Assembly (NCBI GenBank): GCA_963977445.1
Contig: CAXBPH010000154.1
Coordinates: 1-16,217, forward strand
Reading direction: 5' to 3'
DNA length: 16,217 nucleotides
Source: an uncultured bacterium
Lineage (GTDB): Bacteria > Hydrogenedentota > Hydrogenedentia > Hydrogenedentales > JAEUWI01
Positions 7,671-13,782 of the stretch are shown in pieces. Each line of letters starts with the position of its first letter. The first letter of the stretch is position 1. The translations under genes were made by a program, and so were the position numbers. Under the pieces are notes generated by a model. The model saw only the letters and a program-made list of their open reading frames with translations. It did not search any database and was not told the DNA's origin.

Positions 7671-7700
7671 AGTATAAGGGGGCTTTACCGTAGAATCCAA
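7671..7700 (-). promoter_or_regulatory. Candidate sigma70-type promoter for the metallophosphoesterase gene
   Basis: Minus strand TTGGAT (7700-7695), 18-nt spacer, TATACT (7676-7671), ~45 nt upstream of the GTG start. Confidence 0.4.
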
Positions 7701-7770
7701 GGGGCCCCGGTAACCTGACCTATTCCACGGCAATGGAACGCAACCATGAATTTGCTCACAAGATATCGTC

Positions 7771-8907
7771 CTACCCTGTAAAGGCTTCGAGGCTAGCGAT
7801 CACATGGTCCTGCATATCCGTCGTCAGCTCAGAGTAGATGGGCAAGGCCAGACTTTCACGGGCCGCACATTCGGCATGGGGGAAGGCGCCCGATTCATAG
7901 CCAAGATGTTGAAAACAGGCCTGCAGGTGGAACGGAACGGGGTAGTAAACATCACAGCCAATAGTGGCGGCCTGAAGATGTTTCAACGCGCCATCCCGAT
8001 TTTCCTTTATTCGCACGATATACTGGTTGTAAATATGATGTTCACGTCCGTACGCCAGATTGGGTTTTGTCAGCCCGGAACTCGTGAAATGAGCGTCATA
8101 GTAGGCCCCATTGTCCCGACGCATCTGGTGCCACGTGTCCAGATGCTTCAGTTTTATGCGTAGTATAGCTGCCTGGATGGCGTCCAACCGGAAATTGCCG
8201 CCCACCAACGGGTGGTAATACTTCGGCTCCATTCCGTGATTGCGTAATTGATAGAGTTTCTGCGCGAGCTCGGGGTCGTCCGTTACCACCATGCCGCCGT
8301 CGCCCATGCAGCCAAGATTCTTGCTGGGGAAGAAGGAATAGCAGCCCATGAGCCCCATAACACCTGCCTTCTTGACCCCACCTTGTCCGGGATAGCTTGC
8401 GCCAATCGCCTGGGCGCCATCCTCGATGACGGGCACATCATAGCGATTGGCCAACGCGATGATGGGGTCCATGTCGGCACATTGTCCGTAGAGATGGACC
8501 GGGATGATGGCTTTCACCCGCTCGGCAGCGTCGGGATTGGCATCAAACCAGGCGCTCAGGGCCTCCGGGTCAATGTTGAAGGTCTCCGGGTCGATGTCCA
8601 CGAAGACAGGCGTGGCATTCAGGCGTGCAATTACGCCCGCGGTAGCAAAAAACGAATAGGGCGTGGTGACGACCAGGTCGCCGGGCCCCACATTCAGGGC
8701 CATGAGGGCCACCAGAAGGGCGTCTGTCCCCGAGCTAACACCGATACCAAACTTCGCACCACAATAGGCCGCAATCTCTGCTTCGAGGCCTTCAACCTCG
8801 GGCCCCATCACATAGCGGGTCGAATCAATAACGGAAAGTACCGCCTCCTTAATCTCAGCCTCAATAGGTATAAGCTGGGCTTTCAAATCGAGTAGGGGTA
8901 CATGCAT
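7771..8907 (-). CDS. DegT/DnrJ/EryC1/StrS family PLP-dependent sugar aminotransferase, 378 aa
   Basis: Motifs VPLLDLK, SSGTDAL, VHLYGQ, IEDGAQA, SFFPSKNLG (PLP Lys), GDGGMV and LALPIY. Start moved to ATG 8907 (MHVPLLDL), which follows a GAGGAG RBS. Confidence 0.94.
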   Translation of the reverse strand: MHVPLLDLKAQLIPIEAEIKEAVLSVIDSTRYVMGPEVEGLEAEIAAYCGAKFGIGVSSGTDALLVALMALNVGPGDLVVTTPYSFFATAGVIARLNATPVFVDIDPETFNIDPEALSAWFDANPDAAERVKAIIPVHLYGQCADMDPIIALANRYDVPVIEDGAQAIGASYPGQGGVKKAGVMGLMGCYSFFPSKNLGCMGDGGMVVTDDPELAQKLYQLRNHGMEPKYYHPLVGGNFRLDAIQAAILRIKLKHLDTWHQMRRDNGAYYDAHFTSSGLTKPNLAYGREHHIYNQYIVRIKENRDGALKHLQAATIGCDVYYPVPFHLQACFQHLGYESGAFPHAECAARESLALPIYSELTTDMQDHVIASLEAFTG

Positions 8908-8970
8908 GAAACTTCTCCTCAGGTGAGCAATCGCAGAAAACGTCGCCACGTAGTACGGAAACGCGGCGCG

Positions 8971-8979
8971 ATCATAGCA
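8971..8979 (-). promoter_or_regulatory. Candidate extended -10 promoter (TGnTATGAT) for the DegT-family gene
   Basis: The minus strand reads TGCTATGAT about 63 nt upstream of ATG 8907. No convincing -35 box. Confidence 0.35.
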
Positions 8980-9083
8980 CGTGGGACAGGTCGGGTGCAT
9001 GGCAGGGCTATCGCATTGACGGCGGCGCGTACACAAGATCGATTTGATGGGCTCCTCAATCAACGATGCCAGCCCGATAGTGC

Positions 9084-9282
9084 CACCCGATCCCGCTCTT
9101 CGGACGGCGTAGTCGTACAAAGAGCGGGTTCGGGTGCCTTGACCCACGTCATTGTCGGCATAAAGTGGATGCCACCGTAGCGTTGTTCACCAAAATTCCT
9201 TGAAACATGGCCAACGCCAAGTCATCCACCAAACCACCCGTAATCGAGGGGCAATGCACCCGAACCGGGAACTCCCGCTCCC
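9084..9282. ncRNA. Candidate structured non-coding element (long rod or alternative hairpin), family not identified
   Basis: Nested inverted repeats 9122-9128/9274-9280, 9129-9137/9256-9264, 9165-9171/9223-9229 and 9180-9185/9212-9217. A competing 16/17-bp stem forms at 9084-9100/9120-9136. It lies in a non-coding gap between divergent genes. Confidence 0.4.
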
Positions 9283-9403
9283 ATCGATAAAGGGGGCAGC
9301 GGCGTCTCATAAGTCTTCCGGTGAGCAGACGGACCATATACTTGGGCATGCCGACATCTTTGCCGTATACTTCTCCGTAACCATCAGGAAAGGCAATACC
9401 TCC

Positions 9404-9601
9404 ATGTCAGAATCAACCTCCCGCGAAGGCGTACTCGTCATCGATGCCGCCCGCCTCAACTGTATGCAGGGTGTCTGCGAAGCGGCCCGCATCTGGAATC
9501 GCTCCAAGGGCGAAGACAAGATGCGTGCCGAGCGCGGCCTGATTCGCGCCATTGTGGCCTATGAAGAACTGCAACGCGAAGACGCGGGTGCCGACCACTA
9601 A
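9404..9601 (+). CDS. Small hypothetical protein, 65 aa (MSESTSREGVLVIDAARLNCMQGVCEAARIW...)
   Basis: AGGAAAGG RBS upstream of ATG 9404, GC3-rich codons like the neighbouring genes, a possible TATACT -10 near 9366-9371, and co-orientation with iscS. It is the 3' part of the 9200-9601 ORF in the track. Confidence 0.65.
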   Translation: MSESTSREGVLVIDAARLNCMQGVCEAARIWNRSKGEDKMRAERGLIRAIVAYEELQREDAGADH

Positions 9602-9661
9602 TCGTGTGCGATACATTGAATGACATTGCCATGAACGTATTTCCAATGTGCAGGCCGTAGT

Positions 9662-10801
9662 ATGGCGGAGACAATTATCTATCTCGACCACGCGGCCACG
9701 ACGCCGCTCCACCCGGAAGTGCTGGAGGCCATGTTGCCCTGGCTCCAGGAGGGCTACGGCAATCCAGGCTCCCTGCACCGCGTGGGTCGACGTGCGCGCC
9801 AGGCCGTAAAAATTGCGCGGGAACAGGTCGCGGCCCTCATCGGTGCCGAAGCCCACGAAATCTGTTTTACTTCTGGTGGGACTGAGGCCAATAACCTGGC
9901 CCTCGCGGGATCCGTGGCTGCCCGAGGTGGACGTATCCTGACCAGCGCCATTGAGCATCACGCCGTCCTCCACGCCGCACACCGTTGGTCCCAACCCGAT
10001 TCACTGCCGGTGGTATTTTCGGTAGATGGACAGGGGCTGGTGGATCCCTCCCAAATCAGCGAGGCCCTGTCTCCTGAAATTGCTATTGTTTCGATCATGT
10101 ATGGGAACAACGAAACAGGCGTGATACAGCCTGTGGACGAGATTGCTGCCTCGTGTCATGCTGCGGGCGTCCCGTATCACTGTGATGCGGTTCAGGCGGC
10201 GGGACACGTGCCTCTGGACGTTGCTTCGTGGCCGGTGGATTTACTGTCCCTCTCTGCCCACAAGCTGGGTGGACCCAAGGGCGTGGGGGCACTCTATATT
10301 CGCCGCGACACGCCCCTGAACGCCCACATCGTCGGTGGGGGACAGGAGCAGAATCGGCGTGCAGGCACCGAAAACGTTGCGGGTATCGCAGGCTTCGGAA
10401 AGGCCTGTCAATTGGCCCGCGAAAACATGGAACTATCGTCCTCACGATTGCTGGGACTTCGGGCACGGCTGGAAGACGGGGTTCGCGCGCGTGTTCCCGA
10501 AGTATGGGTAAACAGTGGCCAAGCGAATCGTCTGCCCCACATCTCGAATATCGGAGTTGCCCACGTAGCGGGTGAAGGTATACTCTATGGCCTCGATGCG
10601 GAAGGAATATGCATTTCTACCGGCTCGGCCTGTACGTCGGGCGTGGCCGATCCATCCCACGTGCTCCGTGCCATGGGACAAGCCGATGACGTCGCGTTGG
10701 GTGCCTTTCGTATCAGTCTTGGATTCAACACAACGGAAGCCGATATCGACCGGATTCTCAACGTTCTACCCCGCGTAATCCAGGAATTACGCACCCATTA
10801 A
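9662..10801 (+). CDS. iscS: Cysteine desulfurase, IscS/NifS (group I) family, 379 aa
   Basis: Motifs IYLDHAATTP, FTSGGTEANN, EHHAV, NNETG, HCDAVQA, SAHKLGGPKG (PLP Lys), RAGTEN and STGSACTS (catalytic Cys). Confidence 0.93.
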   Translation: MAETIIYLDHAATTPLHPEVLEAMLPWLQEGYGNPGSLHRVGRRARQAVKIAREQVAALIGAEAHEICFTSGGTEANNLALAGSVAARGGRILTSAIEHHAVLHAAHRWSQPDSLPVVFSVDGQGLVDPSQISEALSPEIAIVSIMYGNNETGVIQPVDEIAASCHAAGVPYHCDAVQAAGHVPLDVASWPVDLLSLSAHKLGGPKGVGALYIRRDTPLNAHIVGGGQEQNRRAGTENVAGIAGFGKACQLARENMELSSSRLLGLRARLEDGVRARVPEVWVNSGQANRLPHISNIGVAHVAGEGILYGLDAEGICISTGSACTSGVADPSHVLRAMGQADDVALGAFRISLGFNTTEADIDRILNVLPRVIQELRTH

Positions 10802-10811
10802 GGAAGTACCT

Positions 10812-11720
10812 ATGCCGCAGGAATGTCTGCCGGGTCGCGAGCGCGCCCAGGATGCCCTAGAAGATCAGCTGCAGAAAATCGCGATAAATCTGGAGGGGGT
10901 CCGTCAATGCGATCTGGAATCTATCCACGACATGCGGGTGGCCTCCAGGCGTCTACGTACCCTGCTCAAGATTTACAAGCCCTATCTCGACAAGGCGGCA
11001 CGAAAGACACTCAATCAGGGGGCACGTACCATTGGGCGTGCACTCGGTCGTCGCCGTGAGTTGGATGTGATGGTGGCCATGCTGAACGATCACCGCGATG
11101 AGGCCCATGGGCTCTGGCTCCGATTCATGGACCACATGATTACGGTATTGGTCGGGCGACAGGAGCGGGAATCCCGGTCATGCCTCGAGGCGGTCACCTG
11201 CTACGAGAGCGAAGCGATGCAACAGGCCCGGGAAGCAATGGTGACATCGCTTAATACCAACGACGCCTGTATCGTACCCCTTTCCGCCGACACCTTGTTG
11301 GACGGGCTCTATGAAGTTCAATTTGCCCGAAAGGTCTGGAAGAAAGAGGGGGGGGCCGAAGAATTGCACGAGGTGCGCATCGCCCTGAAACGATTCCGAT
11401 ATCGGTGCGAATTTCACAAGGAAATCTATGGTGAACCCATGGAAATTTACATACTCCGACTGAAAGAAGCCCAATCCATGCTGGGTGAGTGGAACGAATG
11501 TCGCCTGCTCGAAGAAATGGTACTCATTCTCGGTAATGCGGCAGACTACGACCTGGCCCAGGGGGCACCCCTCGTCGCCGAAGCCTATGGCGAGCGTGCA
11601 GCGGTCCTCGAAGATAATGTTGCCGTCCTCTTGAGTGCACTCTTCTGCCGGGCCGGACGCCAGGCTTTCGAAATGCTCGTGGACAACGCCGTGCTGGAAT
11701 GTGACTGCGAAGTCGCCTGA
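10812..11720 (+). CDS. CHAD domain protein (polyphosphate-binding family), 302 aa
   Basis: Duplicated CHAD signatures IHDMRVASRRLR...LGRRRELDV and LHEVRIALKRFRY...LKEAQSMLGEWNE. AAGGA RBS, 10 nt after the iscS stop. Confidence 0.88.
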   Translation: MPQECLPGRERAQDALEDQLQKIAINLEGVRQCDLESIHDMRVASRRLRTLLKIYKPYLDKAARKTLNQGARTIGRALGRRRELDVMVAMLNDHRDEAHGLWLRFMDHMITVLVGRQERESRSCLEAVTCYESEAMQQAREAMVTSLNTNDACIVPLSADTLLDGLYEVQFARKVWKKEGGAEELHEVRIALKRFRYRCEFHKEIYGEPMEIYILRLKEAQSMLGEWNECRLLEEMVLILGNAADYDLAQGAPLVAEAYGERAAVLEDNVAVLLSALFCRAGRQAFEMLVDNAVLECDCEVA

Positions 11721-11749
11721 CCCACCGACTGCGTTGTGCGATTTGACGC

Positions 11750-12928
11750 CTAGCCGAAGGCCTTAATGCCCGTCAAGGCCGCCCCAATCGTCAGCCCGTG
11801 GATGTGCTCCGTGCCTTCATAGGTCAACACCGTTTCCAGGTCGACCATACGTCGGCCCACGTGATATTCGGTGTGAATCCCGTTGGCCCCCAGAAGCTCC
11901 CGGCAAGTCCGGGAAATCTCCAACGCCTTGCGGCAATTGTTCATTTTTGCCAGCGATAGCTGCGCCGGATCCAGTTTGCCCATCGTCTTCAATTGGCCGA
12001 GCCGATGGGCGATGAGTTCCATTCCCACAATTTCGGTGGCCATCCAGGCAAGTTTAAATTGAATTAGCTGGTGACTCGCCAGGGGCTGTTCGTTGAACTG
12101 TGGGCGGGATTTCAAATAGTCAATGGTTTCTTCGAGGCAGGCCCGGGCCGCCCCGATCACGCCCCAGGCAATGGTATAGCGCGCATTGGAAAGGCACTTG
12201 AGTGCGGCCCCCAGGGAGGTCGCGCCCGGCAGGAGTGCGTCTCGGGCAACCTCCACGTTATCCAGATAGATCTGGGCCGTTTCGCTACTCCGAAAACTCC
12301 ACTTGCCTTTAATGGCCGAGGCCGTGAATCCAGGGCGATCCGTTTCGACAAGAAATCCGTGAACGACATCATCGAGCTTTGCCCAGACCACGGCCACGTC
12401 CGCCCGAACGCCGTTGGTAATCCAGCACTTGGCCCCGGAGATACGATAGCCCCCGGGCGTGACCTCGGCCCGGGATTGCATTCCCGCAGGATTACTCCCG
12501 AAGTCCGGCTCGGTGAGGGCAAAACAGCCCCACGCATCCAATCGAGCGAGTCGGGGAAGCCACGTCTCCTGTTGAGATTCGCTTCCAAATTGCTGAATCG
12601 CCCCCATCACGAGAGAGCCCTGCACGCTCACAATACTCCGCAAGGCCGAACTGCCCCGCTCCAATTCACGGCTTATGAGCCCATAGCTGATGGGGTCCAC
12701 CGTCTGGTCAGCGATCAACTCAAAAATGCCGAGTTCCCGGAGTCCGGCAATCATTTCCTCCGGAAAGCGCTCCTCATTGTGATGCTGCCCGATTGCGGGT
12801 AGCACAACCGTATCCACATAGCGCCGCACCTCCTCCACGATAGCGCGCTGCTCTGTGGTCCAGAGTTCATCCATCTTATAGAGGTCAGTCAAGGCACCTG
12901 GTGTAGCGGTCATATTCCAATCATTCAT
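11750..12928 (-). CDS. Acyl-CoA dehydrogenase, glutaryl-CoA dehydrogenase-like, ~392 aa
   Basis: Motifs SVQGSLVM, FALTEPDFGSNP, GAKCWITN, ARYTIAWG, LAKMNN, LLGANGI and TYEGT (catalytic Glu). ATG 12928 overlaps the stop of the upstream gene; ATG 12913 is an alternative start. Confidence 0.92.
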   Translation of the reverse strand: MNDWNMTATPGALTDLYKMDELWTTEQRAIVEEVRRYVDTVVLPAIGQHHNEERFPEEMIAGLRELGIFELIADQTVDPISYGLISRELERGSSALRSIVSVQGSLVMGAIQQFGSESQQETWLPRLARLDAWGCFALTEPDFGSNPAGMQSRAEVTPGGYRISGAKCWITNGVRADVAVVWAKLDDVVHGFLVETDRPGFTASAIKGKWSFRSSETAQIYLDNVEVARDALLPGATSLGAALKCLSNARYTIAWGVIGAARACLEETIDYLKSRPQFNEQPLASHQLIQFKLAWMATEIVGMELIAHRLGQLKTMGKLDPAQLSLAKMNNCRKALEISRTCRELLGANGIHTEYHVGRRMVDLETVLTYEGTEHIHGLTIGAALTGIKAFG

Positions 12929-13433
12929 TGGTGTCAACTGCGGCTGGCAAGCCCTTGGGATAATAGTGCTCTATCAACTCATGCTGTCGACGTACGTTGA
13001 GCTCGCTCCAATTGGGTAGGGATAACGACACCTCCGCGATGGCCGCAGTTGCCATAGATACCGTTTCTCCTGTCAGGACCGTCACAAGTTCGGTCATGCC
13101 CGGGTTGTGCCCTACCAGAAGAATGTTTTTGCAAGAATCAGGCAAATTCTGAAGCGCCTCTATCCAGGTATCTGGTGGGGCGAGATAGAGCTCCTGGTTC
13201 AGGTGAATGGGAATCTTCCATTGGGCACTTGCGACGACCGCTTCTGCGGTAGTCCGAGCACGTGTTGCCGTGGAGGAGACCACCAAGTCTACCGTGACGC
13301 CCAAGGTGGCAAGGAGGGTACCCATTCGGGGGGCATCGCGCAAGCCACGCTGGTTCAGTGGGCGGTCATGATCCGGCGTTCCATCCTGGCTCCAGTCAGA
13401 TTTCGCGTGTCGCATTATAAATACGGTCTTCAT
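12921..13433 (-). CDS. sixA: SixA-like histidine phosphatase family protein, 170 aa
   Basis: Motifs MRHAKSDW, DHDRPLNQRG, SSTATRARTTA and LLVGHNPG. Start moved to ATG 13433, which follows an AAGGAGG RBS. Confidence 0.88.
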   Translation of the reverse strand: MKTVFIMRHAKSDWSQDGTPDHDRPLNQRGLRDAPRMGTLLATLGVTVDLVVSSTATRARTTAEAVVASAQWKIPIHLNQELYLAPPDTWIEALQNLPDSCKNILLVGHNPGMTELVTVLTGETVSMATAAIAEVSLSLPNWSELNVRRQHELIEHYYPKGLPAAVDTNE

Positions 13434-13782
13434 CAGAACCTCCTTGGCTGTGGCGGGACCTTCCATTAGCGACATCAGCATAACGGGAAATCGAGCTAAC
13501 TGCAAGCGTGGTAGGGTGATAGCCCTATGCCAATTCTGTGTGATACGGTAAAACGGCACCGCATTGAAACGGAAAATAGGGTATACTTGTATTTGATAAT
13601 GATGATTACGTGCTAGATAAGCTGACTATGCGGTGAACATTGGTCCCGTAGGTGTCGAATATATGCGTAATTCGATTATTGATGGTGCTACGCAAAGTTC
13701 CGTTGACGTCGAAGCCATTTTCCCTGATCGAAAACTGTAAGTGTGCCGTGCCGTACAAAAAAACCGGAAAGTCGTACTAAAG

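Noticed and set aside
11721..11749. Terminator between the convergent CHAD and acyl-CoA dehydrogenase genes
   Set aside because: There is no convincing stem-loop with a U-tract in the 29-nt gap.
13685..13705. GCTACGCAAAGTTCCG resembling part of a c-di-GMP-I riboswitch upstream of an adhesin-like gene
   Set aside because: The upstream GGCAAA/GNRA P2 hairpin and the downstream P3 motif are not present.
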